Of a stretch of 46,537 bases of DNA, positions 36,779 to 45,509 are shown in pieces (positions within the stretch are counted from its first letter, which is position 1; every line of letters begins with the position of its first letter). This DNA comes from a virus (lineage: Duplodnaviria > Heunggongvirae > Uroviricota > Caudoviricetes): the IMG/VR virus record IMGVR_UViG_2563366953_000003, one strand, 5' to 3'. The notes below the pieces were generated by a model, which was not told the origin of the DNA, ran no database searches, and saw nothing but the letters and a program-made list of their open reading frames with translations. The position numbers and the translations under genes are program-made.

Positions 36779-38170
36779 TTAAAATGGGTCCGTATTAAAG
36801 TTTTTGTTTGAATACCGTTTTTCACGTTTTCTCGGTTGCTCTGCCTCCTTCTGGATGCGTAATTTTTCGCGTGCTACGTGTTGATCAATTGGCAGGAAAT
36901 GCCCATTCCGGAATTCCTGATAAATAATTTCACCTGCCCCGCCAGAACGGTTTTTACCGATAATCACCTCGGCGATACCCTTTGCAGGTGAATCAGGTGT
37001 GTAAACTTCATCGCGGTATAAAAACAAAATGCTGTCAGCGTCCTGCTCAACACTGCCGGAATCGCGCAGGTCCGACATCACCGGGCGACGCTGGCCAGCA
37101 GGTCGAGAATCCACCTGGCGGGAAAGCTGGCTAAGAGCAAAAACAGGGGTATGCAGACGCATGGCCATAGTCTTCATGTTGCGGGAGATATGCCCGACAG
37201 CGAGATCGTGGCGCTCGGCCTTCGGTTTTTTGATCAGGCCCATGTAATCAACACCAATCAACTTCAGGTGCGGATAACGGCGTTTATGAGTCTCTGCAAT
37301 GGCGCGGATCTGCTCAATCGTCAAATCAGTGGCATCAACAATCCAGATATCGCGATCCTGCATGATTGCAAGCGCGGCGGTTAATCTGGTCAAATCCTCA
37401 TCGTCCATTTCTTTTGGATTACGCAGACGCGACGTTGACATATTCCCAGCCCCGGCAACGGTACGTTCAACAATCTGCTGAGCGCCCATTTCCATGCTGA
37501 AAAACAGTGCGCCGCCGCCATCTGCGGTAACGCCATCGATAATCTTCAGGGTAAATTCCGTTTTCCCCATGCCTGGACGACCGGCAACCACAACAAGGTC
37601 GGTCATGTTGATACCGCCCAGGGCGACATCCAGATCCTCGACTCCGGTTTTCAGCATCATTTCCTGCGCGTCACCAGACATCCGTTTATCAACGGTGTCA
37701 ATGTAGAGCGGTAACAGCTCTTTGATGTGTACCGGCTGGACTGTGCCGGTAGCGGCGCTCATATCCAGCACCTGAGCAACATGAGATTCAATAACCTCAT
37801 CACGCTGACTCTGGTTTACAGCGTTACGGATACCATCCGCGCCAGATTGCAACAATGCCGCCATTTTGCGGCTCCGCCATGCCCGCACCATTTTCCCGGC
37901 ATAGCCTTTCAGATTCGGTACCGTTGCCGGGATCCGGGATATTTGAGACAGATCCGCAAGGCTGGAACCGCCCAGCGCTTCGCTGATAAACAACATGTCG
38001 ATCATGCCGTTCGCCAGTGCCTGCTTTTTGATTTCGCTGAAAGCGCGACGGTGAAACACGATGCTGAAGGCTTCCTCCGGAGTAGTGGCAATCACATCAA
38101 ACGCGTCAGGCGTCGCACCACCGTTAATCAGACCAGCGAGAACGATCGCTTCCAGTTCTTCTGGATTCAT
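36779..38170 (-). CDS. Replicative DNA helicase (DnaB family, phage P-protein equivalent)
   Basis: 463 aa; Walker A GRPGMGKT, DYMGL and other DnaB-like motifs; start overlaps the O-like stop. Confidence 0.9.
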   Translation of the reverse strand: MNPEELEAIVLAGLINGGATPDAFDVIATTPEEAFSIVFHRRAFSEIKKQALANGMIDMLFISEALGGSSLADLSQISRIPATVPNLKGYAGKMVRAWRSRKMAALLQSGADGIRNAVNQSQRDEVIESHVAQVLDMSAATGTVQPVHIKELLPLYIDTVDKRMSGDAQEMMLKTGVEDLDVALGGINMTDLVVVAGRPGMGKTEFTLKIIDGVTADGGGALFFSMEMGAQQIVERTVAGAGNMSTSRLRNPKEMDDEDLTRLTAALAIMQDRDIWIVDATDLTIEQIRAIAETHKRRYPHLKLIGVDYMGLIKKPKAERHDLAVGHISRNMKTMAMRLHTPVFALSQLSRQVDSRPAGQRRPVMSDLRDSGSVEQDADSILFLYRDEVYTPDSPAKGIAEVIIGKNRSGGAGEIIYQEFRNGHFLPIDQHVAREKLRIQKEAEQPRKREKRYSNKNFNTDPF

Positions 38171-39267
38171 AATGCCCCTTCCCTGGTTTTACGCAGTGTT
38201 TCTGGCTTCATCAGGTAATCAAACCCTGCCCGCCAGCCGGTGCGATATTCGCCGCCGAAATAGAAGTCTGGGGCGTTATCGCGGAATTTTTCGAAGTAGC
38301 CGATAAATGCGCCAAGAGTTTGCGTGCGCATATGTGCCAGCAGGCGCAGGATTGCCCGACGGCGGTCAGTATCAATTTCAGCTATAGGTAGCAGGTCGCC
38401 CAGAATCTCGTTGTAGCCCTTCACAACTTCAGCAGGGTCAACGGCAGCCTCAGCAGTGGCCCACGCCTCAGCGTCAGCCAGATATCCGTCAAACCGGTTT
38501 ACGCGGCAAATGTTCGCAGGTTTCGGCACGCTTCCGCTACGACGGCGCCATGTCGCAATAACCCAACGAATTACTAACTGAATCTCAGCCACGCTGTAAC
38601 CAGCGCGGGTGGTGGTGGCAGTCAGCAGCATGACAAACGGTTTAACGTCGCGGCAGCGTGTACCGACTTTCTCGTTGTAGTAGTTCAGAGCTTTTTGAGC
38701 GTCAGCGAGAATGATTTCCTCGCCCTCCCCCTTTTGGGGGTAAGGGGGATCTTTTATCTCTGTAGTACTCTCTGTTGTATTCTCTGTAAGAGATTGGGTC
38801 ATTTTGACCTTAGCGCATGGGTCAACTTGACCTGATGCTTGGGTCACATTGACCTCTTCGATTGGGTCAACTTGACCTAATCGATTGGCCACAGGGAATG
38901 TTGTCTCTTCAATCTTACATAACTGGGCATAATTGATTGAATACCACTTGGTTTTATCCCAGGCATCACTGTTAAAGTTCCCAGTAAATACCACATTCAA
39001 TTTTTCCAGATTGGCCAGCACGCGTTTTATTGTCGACTCGCTCCAGAACGGGAATTGTTCTTGCCAATCGGTCACACTGTTGTACACCCAGTGGCGATTT
39101 TCGAAGAAATTTTGAGATGAATTCAGCCAGTAGTGGATTTGCTGTAGAACGATGGCTTCATTCAACCCTATAGTGCATGCCAACGTGGGCAGGACCTGAA
39201 GGGGGTTTTCGTTAATCAGCAAACGACTCATACTCAGATCTCCAGAGCTTCGGCTATCTGACGACAA
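38167..39267 (-). CDS. Replication initiation protein (lambda O-like replisome organizer)
   Basis: 366 aa directly upstream of the helicase; contains the iteron array within its coding sequence. Confidence 0.7.
   Translation of the reverse strand: MSSDSRSSGDLSMSRLLINENPLQVLPTLACTIGLNEAIVLQQIHYWLNSSQNFFENRHWVYNSVTDWQEQFPFWSESTIKRVLANLEKLNVVFTGNFNSDAWDKTKWYSINYAQLCKIEETTFPVANRLGQVDPIEEVNVTQASGQVDPCAKVKMTQSLTENTTESTTEIKDPPYPQKGEGEEIILADAQKALNYYNEKVGTRCRDVKPFVMLLTATTTRAGYSVAEIQLVIRWVIATWRRRSGSVPKPANICRVNRFDGYLADAEAWATAEAAVDPAEVVKGYNEILGDLLPIAEIDTDRRRAILRLLAHMRTQTLGAFIGYFEKFRDNAPDFYFGGEYRTGWRAGFDYLMKPETLRKTREGAL
38795..38877. repeat. Origin iterons: four direct repeats TGGGTCA-NN-TTGACC at about 22-23 bp spacing (ori within the O-like gene)
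   Basis: Copies at about 38795-38809, 38818-38832, 38840-38854 and 38863-38877; preceded by a CCCCCTTTTGGGGGTAAGGGGG inverted repeat near 38725-38750. Confidence 0.7.
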
Positions 39268-39458
39268 CCGGCTTCATAGTCCGCATTGCTCAGCCCTTTG
39301 TCGCGCAACTCGACCTTCCTGGATTCATACTGCTCCCACACCGAAAGCGCGGCAGCCATACGCCCATCAAAAATAGGTTGGATCTCTGCAACATGTGCCG
39401 GGCGCCCATTCAGGTGCCAGCCGTTACGCCAGGTAATGCGGTCAATATGTCTTAACAT
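39234..39458 (-). CDS. Small hypothetical protein (overlaps O-like start; may be spurious)
   Basis: 74-aa ORF. Confidence 0.25.
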   Translation of the reverse strand: MLRHIDRITWRNGWHLNGRPAHVAEIQPIFDGRMAAALSVWEQYESRKVELRDKGLSNADYEAGCRQIAEALEI

Positions 39459-39497
39459 CGGTCTTTCCTCGGTATAAGTTAAACGCTGGTCAGGCGC

Positions 39498-39974
39498 TCA
39501 TGCATGGTGGCCTTGCGCAGTGCTTATCACTGCCCCTCGCGTCGCTACCAGCGCCGCTATTGCTTCGTCAATTTCCTGAATAGTTATCTCTGGCGCGAAG
39601 TGGAGATGTACAGCGTTAATCGCTTCCACCCCTTCTTTTGCCGCCAGCGTTGCCAGCAAAACGGGATCGCCCGGCGACTCCAGACGCGCCCGCCGTTCTG
39701 CGGGTAGCACGGCTTTCATCACACTGGCCAGCACCTGAGTTTTTCGGCGCGCCGCCGTTGTCTCGCCACGTAACCAGCGAAAGATTTTCTGCCGATTGTT
39801 GTTGATGGCTCTCCAGTCCACATTGCCGTCCGCGTCCTCAAATTCATGTAGTCTCAACTCATCATTGCGTCCCTGACTGAACCAGGCCCGGCAGATTTCA
39901 ATCGTGACGAGTTCCTGCCCTGCCCTTGCCGCCCAGGTCAAAATCTCTTTTTGTAATTCCTCTGGGTTTTCCAT
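39498..39974 (-). CDS. Putative CII-like regulator (YdaT-like)
   Basis: 158 aa immediately downstream of the Cro-like gene; WRAINNNRQKIFRWLRGETTAARRK resembles my recollection of Rac YdaT. Low certainty. Confidence 0.4.
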   Translation of the reverse strand: MENPEELQKEILTWAARAGQELVTIEICRAWFSQGRNDELRLHEFEDADGNVDWRAINNNRQKIFRWLRGETTAARRKTQVLASVMKAVLPAERRARLESPGDPVLLATLAAKEGVEAINAVHLHFAPEITIQEIDEAIAALVATRGAVISTAQGHHA

Positions 39975-40032
39975 AGCGTCTCCTGTCGCTAAAAATTGAT
40001 TACGCTTAATCAGATTTGGGGCTCACCAACAG

Positions 40033-40263
40033 TTAAGCTGCTTCCGTTTTAGGCAAGCTGTCATCTGGGTTTGGGTAAAGATCCGGTCTAAGATCATGAG
40101 GGGTCACGCGCCATTCAAGAGCTTCAGATGTGCGCAAAACCTCTTCACCGGGAACCCGTCCTTTGAACCAGAGGCTCACAGTTTGTGGTTTTTTCCCTAA
40201 TCGCCGACCTAACTCGGATTGACTCATTACGGAAAGAATTTTGTCTTGCAGTTGTTTATCCAT
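40033..40263 (-). CDS. Cro-like HTH regulator (YdaS-like)
   Basis: 76 aa from the ATG at 40263 with AAGGAG RBS; HTH-like segment SQSELGRRLGKKPQTVSLW; divergent from the repressor gene. Confidence 0.6.
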   Translation of the reverse strand: MDKQLQDKILSVMSQSELGRRLGKKPQTVSLWFKGRVPGEEVLRTSEALEWRVTPHDLRPDLYPNPDDSLPKTEAA

Positions 40264-40284
40264 ATGGACTCCTTGTGTCCGCGC

Positions 40285-40330
40285 CATCATTACAAATCAT
40301 AACTGTAATTACAAATTATATTTGCAATGC
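40285..40330. promoter_or_regulatory. OR-like operator region between the cro-like and cI-like genes
   Basis: Dyads ATTACA-N9-TGTAAT (about 40289-40309) and TACAAAT-N3-ATTTGCA (about 40310-40326); half-site TTACAA/TTGTAA. Confidence 0.45.
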
Positions 40331-40361
40331 TCCCTACAATTAAACCTTGTATCCTTACGGT

Positions 40362-40775
40362 ATGAACACAAAAACGAAAAACATGGCTTTTGCTAGCCGA
40401 CTACAACGGATTCTAAAAGACTTAGGCTGGTCTCAATCTGAGTTAGCTCGCCATATTGGGGTTACAGCTCAATCAGTTCAGGCATGGTGTAATGGGGTAA
40501 CTCCAAGAAAAGATAAATTAGACAAGCTAGCAAAAGTGACCGGATACCCTGTTCATTTTTTCTTCATGAATGAAGGAGAATATTTGGATGAATCCACGCT
40601 ACACCCCGGTAATTACAATCAAGAACTAACCCCGCAAGAACAGGCTCTACTGCAACTATTCAGAGGACTGCCTGAGAGCGAAAAAAATAAACTAATCAAT
40701 GAGCTAAAAGAAAAAAGAGAGCACTTCGATCTACTGCTAAAAGAACTACTTGAAGCCAAAAACCAGACAAAATAG
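40362..40775 (+). CDS. CI-like repressor (XRE-family HTH)
   Basis: HTH segment WSQSELARHIGVTAQSVQAW; start set at the first ATG (40362), whereas the track ORF begins with a TTG at 40347. Confidence 0.7.
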   Translation: MNTKTKNMAFASRLQRILKDLGWSQSELARHIGVTAQSVQAWCNGVTPRKDKLDKLAKVTGYPVHFFFMNEGEYLDESTLHPGNYNQELTPQEQALLQLFRGLPESEKNKLINELKEKREHFDLLLKELLEAKNQTK

Positions 40776-40869
40776 TTCAGTTCAAATTTCCAGGCCAGCC
40801 GCTGCTGGCATGCAACTTTCCCCTAACACAAAAACACCTTTACACAGTGAATATTTTTTTGCCCCTCAC

Positions 40870-40925
40870 TACAAATTATTTTTTTAAAAACACATTGACC
40901 ATTACAAATACAAATTGTAAAGTCA
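40870..40925 (+). promoter_or_regulatory. pL-like promoter with OL-like operator
   Basis: TTGACC (about 40895-40900), 17-bp spacer, TAAAGT; the spacer contains the dyad TTACAA-N7-TTGTAA (about 40902-40920), the same half-sites as OR. Confidence 0.4.
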
Positions 40926-41771
40926 CTTTCATCAACAACGCTTACCCAGCGGCAGTTGTTCAGAAACAAGTTCTGACAGCCGGAAAGACGGCACCAAATT
41001 TTGCGCGTCGGCGCCAACACGGTGACAGAGGGAAAGACTTCACCGGCATATGGCACATGTGTCGAAGCGGTCTGGATGGAAGCGGAGCCTTAACGCGTTG
41101 TCTCCATAGCAGGTAGCCGGAATGTGCAAGCCACAGCCAGGTATGAGCGATTGATTCACCATCAAGGCGATACGGTGTGACCACCAGGGAAGAGTCCTGG
41201 CTACAACACGAGAGCGCACTTCATCGACTCAACTTTGAGCTTTGTCGTTAAATTTTGAAATGGCGGAGTGCGCTCCCGGTTGTGGTGAACAGGTGTTTAA
41301 CGGGAACTCCCTGCCCGTTACCCGGTTCGATTCCGGGCGCCCATCATCAATTTGCTGTGTTTAGTCTTTGCCCAGTCCGCACGATGGGCCATTTTTTCAC
41401 ACAGCCAGGTTTTATCGCTGCGCCTGAGTCCCCAACAGGAGAGGCCAAACCCGCAGCGTGAAACCAGGGAAAGACCGGAGGAAGTACCACGCCTGACCAG
41501 CGTTGACCATGAGCCTGACCAGCTCAAAACAGGAAAGACCAGCCCTGTACGGTCGTGATGGAAACATGACGACGCCGGAAACGTAACCGGCACCCTTTAG
41601 ATAGCAAAAGACCCGCACAAGGCGGGCCAGTTACCCCGAACGGCGACCAAACCATTCGGATTTATCACAAGTGACCAAACTTGTGATGAGGAAAGACCAA
41701 CGACACTGACGCTATGGAAGCTGATCAATATTCGCTGATCGGTTCTGAGTATACATCACCAAGGAGTCGCT

Positions 41772-42092
41772 ATGGAAGCGCGCACCATCCCAGTAACACT
41801 CTTTATTCATTATGCAACTTCAACTTTCAGCCATGAAAAGCTGTTTATTGCGACAGTTGATATGTCAAAAAATTTTCCAGACAGGTACATCCTTCTGGAA
41901 AGCCGCGAAATTGAAATTACCGTCAACCAGCCCCAGCCAATCGACATCATCGGTTTACAGGTTGAGCAGCTGCGTGAGCAAAAACAGAATACAGCCGCCG
42001 ACGCCCAACAGCGTATTGCTGCTATCGATGACAAAATCCACCAGTTACTTTGCATCGAATACACGCCAGATACTGATGAAATCCCCTACTAA
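41772..42092 (+). CDS. Hypothetical early protein
   Basis: 106-aa ORF with AAGGAG RBS; first gene after the long leader. Confidence 0.4.
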   Translation: MEARTIPVTLFIHYATSTFSHEKLFIATVDMSKNFPDRYILLESREIEITVNQPQPIDIIGLQVEQLREQKQNTAADAQQRIAAIDDKIHQLLCIEYTPDTDEIPY

Positions 42093-42122
42093 AGACCACT
42101 GACCTGTAATGAGGAAAGACCA

Positions 42123-44336
42123 ATGACCATTTTTAACGGCTTGTTAGAAGCGAAAAAAGGCGCGCTCAAAAACGGCGCGATCCCGGCGCTGGCCATCGCC
42201 ATCGACGCCCCTAACAAAAAAGTTGCCGAGAACATCATCATCGGCAAATTGTGGGAAGCCTACCCTGACCACGGCGACAACTATTTCAAACCTAAAATCT
42301 GGGAAGATGCCCTGGGCCAACCGCGCCCAGGCGTTGGTGAGTTTGATGAGACGTTCGCCACAGAACACAGTTTTGATGGCGAAAAATGGGTAGTTAACAC
42401 CACCGTTGTAGATAGCGGTTCAGCAGATATCGCACAGGTTAACGACCTGATGAAACTGCCGGCTCGTGAACGATTCGCCGCCGTTCTGCTGTTCAGCCAC
42501 GACGCCAACGAAGTCGACAGTGAATTGCTTGCGCAGACGCGTGAATACCTGGAGATGCTCGACAACAGTGATACTGACAGTGAGGATGAGGTTGACGCGT
42601 TTAACCGCATCGTTCTTGATGCCATGGTGGCGTGTAAGCCCATCGAGTACATGCATATTGCTGGATTGAATAATCTGGTACATGCAATTTTGGCAAGTTG
42701 CGATACCCAGGAACAAAACCCGACCAGTTGGACTATCTCCAAATTTATAAAAAAATGGGTAGAGAATCCCGGTAAACGCGATGAAATGCTGCCGGAGGTA
42801 AAACCGTCCGCACGTCCTTACAAACAGACTCACGCTACACTGGATCGTGAAATTGCCTGCGCTCTGTTACCCGTTGGCCCGGAAAAAATCTCCCCCAGCG
42901 TCCTGAAAGCGGCAGACGAAATAATCAGCCAGGATCGGGAGGATTTTAAACGCTGGTCAATGGCCTTGCGCACAACGGATCAGATCCTTGCCTATGACCG
43001 CGCATCAGTATTCGGTGTTATTCAGAGCGCCCCCGCAAAAGACACGTACCACTTCCCGCAATCCCTGCGCAGTCACATCGACAACTGGCTGCAAGCTAAC
43101 GGGCAGCGTGATGCAAATGCTGTTGAAGAGAAGTCAAAGGAAGCAGCACCAAAGGATGATGTAAAAGTCACCAACCACGGCGGCGGGCGATTCTCAATTG
43201 ATGGGATGATGTCAGAAACACCCTCAAATCAGGGTGAAAAAAGCGAAGCTGCAAATGCTGGAGAACGTAGTTTGCAGCAGTTGCGTGAGCAGTTTATCAC
43301 GCCTCGCCATGTGTATGACGTACCTGAAAATAACGCCGTCTCACAGAGGGAACCTGCAGCTATTACCCCGGCAGAAGAGACTCCTCCACAAGAAAAACTT
43401 AGCGAGCAGGTAAAGGATCTGGTGCAGAACGTTGACGCGCTGGTTGAGCCGCCCCATGCCGAGGAAAAAACTGCATCAATTCGCATGGAGCATTATCTGT
43501 CAGCAATGAATGATGACCAGAGCAAAGCAAATTTGGCTATCTGGAATCGCGTTCAGCGGACCGATCCTGCGTATGTCACACATAATGATTACGGTGCAGG
43601 ACTGCACTCCATACGCGCACAATATATTTTGATGCGTGCGACTGAAGTGCTGGGAATGGAAGGCATTGGTTGGGGAGTTGAAATCAAGGAGGAGCGAGTG
43701 GATCGCGGTGTGCCATTACTTGAACCTATACAGGATCAGACAGGGAAAATTATTGGACAAAAACCTGTCAGGGATGCTGACGGTTCCCTGTTCTGCCTGT
43801 CAGTACACACCATCCGGATAGATCTCTGGTACATCTGGAACGGAGTGAAAGGATTTATTCCGTCATATGGCCACACGGATTACATATCAAAAAATAACAA
43901 AGGGGCACTGGTAATGGAAAAAGAGACCTCCAAAAAGTCTCTTACTGATGCCACCGTCAAAGCACTATCTCATCTGGGATTTGCGGCAGATGTTTATATG
44001 GATATGCATAACGATAGTGCCTACACCGCCGAGCTGAATACAGAATACAGTATTAAGAAGGCAAGCGAGAAAGCAGAGGATGCTACCCGACTGCGTGAAG
44101 AACTGGATGAACGACTCTCAGGTGTTGCCAAAACACTGGCTGCAGCCGTAACCCCCAATGAAGTTAATAAAGTCTATGGCCTTATTGCGCGGGAAGTAGA
44201 AGTTCACCGCAAGGCCGCAGAATCCAAAGGTGATAAGGAGTATTCAACTTATCTTGGTTCGCGCCTGCGCCGTTTGAATGAAATCAAAACCGAACGCCTC
44301 ACCGCCCTCACCGCAGCACAGGAGCAAACAGCATGA
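42123..44336 (+). CDS. Large early protein; C-terminal region resembles an Erf/Rad52-type single-strand annealing domain (tentative)
   Basis: 737 aa; acidic and low-complexity central linker; C-terminal GAGLHSIRAQYILMRATEVLG...KKSLTDATVKALSHLGFAADVYMD loosely parallels P22 Erf motifs. The N-terminal roughly 400 aa are unassigned. Confidence 0.35.
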   Translation: MTIFNGLLEAKKGALKNGAIPALAIAIDAPNKKVAENIIIGKLWEAYPDHGDNYFKPKIWEDALGQPRPGVGEFDETFATEHSFDGEKWVVNTTVVDSGSADIAQVNDLMKLPARERFAAVLLFSHDANEVDSELLAQTREYLEMLDNSDTDSEDEVDAFNRIVLDAMVACKPIEYMHIAGLNNLVHAILASCDTQEQNPTSWTISKFIKKWVENPGKRDEMLPEVKPSARPYKQTHATLDREIACALLPVGPEKISPSVLKAADEIISQDREDFKRWSMALRTTDQILAYDRASVFGVIQSAPAKDTYHFPQSLRSHIDNWLQANGQRDANAVEEKSKEAAPKDDVKVTNHGGGRFSIDGMMSETPSNQGEKSEAANAGERSLQQLREQFITPRHVYDVPENNAVSQREPAAITPAEETPPQEKLSEQVKDLVQNVDALVEPPHAEEKTASIRMEHYLSAMNDDQSKANLAIWNRVQRTDPAYVTHNDYGAGLHSIRAQYILMRATEVLGMEGIGWGVEIKEERVDRGVPLLEPIQDQTGKIIGQKPVRDADGSLFCLSVHTIRIDLWYIWNGVKGFIPSYGHTDYISKNNKGALVMEKETSKKSLTDATVKALSHLGFAADVYMDMHNDSAYTAELNTEYSIKKASEKAEDATRLREELDERLSGVAKTLAAAVTPNEVNKVYGLIAREVEVHRKAAESKGDKEYSTYLGSRLRRLNEIKTERLTALTAAQEQTA

Positions 44337-44902
44337 GCACTGCTATCGCTATTGCAAAAGAATATGCCAGTCTGATTGACCTGTTAGAAACCTCCGACGA
44401 ACTGACGCCAGAGATGATCGCCGACACGCTTGAAGGTATGGAAGGAGAACTGGGAGACAAACTGGACGCCATGATGGTCATCTGCCGTAATTTACAGGGC
44501 AATGCCAGTACCTGCGCTGAAGAAATGTCTCGCCTGGCTACCCGTAAGACGTCCTTTGAAGGCAAGGAAAAAGCAATTCGGAAGCATATGCTCGCCTGCC
44601 TGCAAGCTGCTGGCCTGGATAAACTAAAAACCGCAAAAAACACATTTACTGATGCACAGGGGGCTATCCGGGTAATTATCGATAGCAAAGATAAGATCCC
44701 GGATGAGTATGAAGGCGTGTCACTTGTTGATGTAGAAACGGTTATTACACCAAACAAGCGAGCCATTAAAGAAGTGATTGAATCTGCGGAGGCGGTTGCC
44801 GCCGAAATACTGGCGCGTGGAGAAACACCACCAGCCGAGTTATTAAACCCGGTACCAGGCGCACATCTGGAACGCGGCGAACGTTCGCTGAGGGTACGCT
44901 AA
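44333..44902 (+). CDS. Siphovirus Gp157-like protein (recombination-module accessory)
   Basis: 189-aa acidic protein overlapping the upstream stop; family call from memory. Confidence 0.4.
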   Translation: MSTAIAIAKEYASLIDLLETSDELTPEMIADTLEGMEGELGDKLDAMMVICRNLQGNASTCAEEMSRLATRKTSFEGKEKAIRKHMLACLQAAGLDKLKTAKNTFTDAQGAIRVIIDSKDKIPDEYEGVSLVDVETVITPNKRAIKEVIESAEAVAAEILARGETPPAELLNPVPGAHLERGERSLRVR

Positions 44903-45084
44903 TGCTTAAACTCACATTAAAGCGTGGTGACGCGGTTCACCTGGTACTTGCCGATGGTACCAATGGCATTATTGAAGCACGGAGTCGCTGCGAACTTGGG
45001 CTACACCTGCCAGAAAACATTAAGGTCACGCGGGAGAAATCGGCATTCCCCCCACCAGAACTGATTACGCCTAATCAGAAATAA
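44902..45084 (+). CDS. Small hypothetical protein
   Basis: 60-aa ORF translationally coupled to the upstream gene. Confidence 0.3.
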   Translation: MLKLTLKRGDAVHLVLADGTNGIIEARSRCELGLHLPENIKVTREKSAFPPPELITPNQK

Positions 45085-45103
45085 AAACTCACCATCGCTA
45101 GCA

Positions 45104-45328
45104 TTGCGATTCACCAGACCCAGGAGGATCACAATGCTGCGATGGCAACCGGGAGCAACTCTGCTCTCCGCATTTGATATCAAAATTGGCCGACTGTCGG
45201 CCAGCGTCAGGAAACAGGCTTTGACCGAGTCTGATATTGCCCGTGCCTGCCATGTGGCAGATGACGCAATAAGCTACATAATGAGGAAGGACCATGAACG
45301 ATCTGTTAAACGACGAGGAACTGGTTGA
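45104..45328 (+). CDS. Small hypothetical protein (start uncertain)
   Basis: 74-aa ORF overlapping the excisionase-like start. Confidence 0.25.
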   Translation: MRFTRPRRITMLRWQPGATLLSAFDIKIGRLSASVRKQALTESDIARACHVADDAISYIMRKDHERSVKRRGTG

Positions 45329-45509
45329 ACTGACCGGCTACCAGTTCCCGTCAAAACAATGCGGCGCCCTGACCCGTGCCGGGATCTCTTATGTAAAACG
45401 CCGCGATGGGCGACCTCGCGTCACATGGACGCATGTAAACGCTGCGCTGTCCGGAGCAAGGTCCGTGCAGATTGCCGAAGAAGAACAACCAAATTTTGAT
45501 GCAATCTGA
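45294..45509 (+). CDS. Excisionase-like DNA-binding protein
   Basis: 71 aa; ELVELTGYQFPSKQCGALTRAGISYVKRRDGRPRV pattern; immediately upstream of and overlapping int. Confidence 0.5.
   Translation: MNDLLNDEELVELTGYQFPSKQCGALTRAGISYVKRRDGRPRVTWTHVNAALSGARSVQIAEEEQPNFDAI

Noticed and set aside
38795-38877. Direct repeats as a possible CRISPR array
   Set aside because: Only four 15-bp near-identical repeats with 7-8 bp spacers, located inside a replication-initiator gene; this is an iteron-type origin, not CRISPR.
40847-41116. 89-aa plus-strand ORF with an Arg-rich patch (ARRRQHGDRGK) that might be an N-like antiterminator
   Set aside because: The ORF begins upstream of and runs through the predicted pL/OL promoter-operator sequence, and the Arg-rich patch is not N-terminal. 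Most likely non-coding.
41255-41350. tRNA-like T-arm (CCCGG-TTCGATT-CCGGG) suggesting a tRNA gene or att-site tRNA fragment
   Set aside because: No acceptable D-arm or anticodon arm could be folded upstream, the putative acceptor stem pairs at only 5 of 7 positions and no CCA follows. The integrase is at the far right end so att is expected outside the window. Treated as one of the leader hairpins rather than a tRNA.
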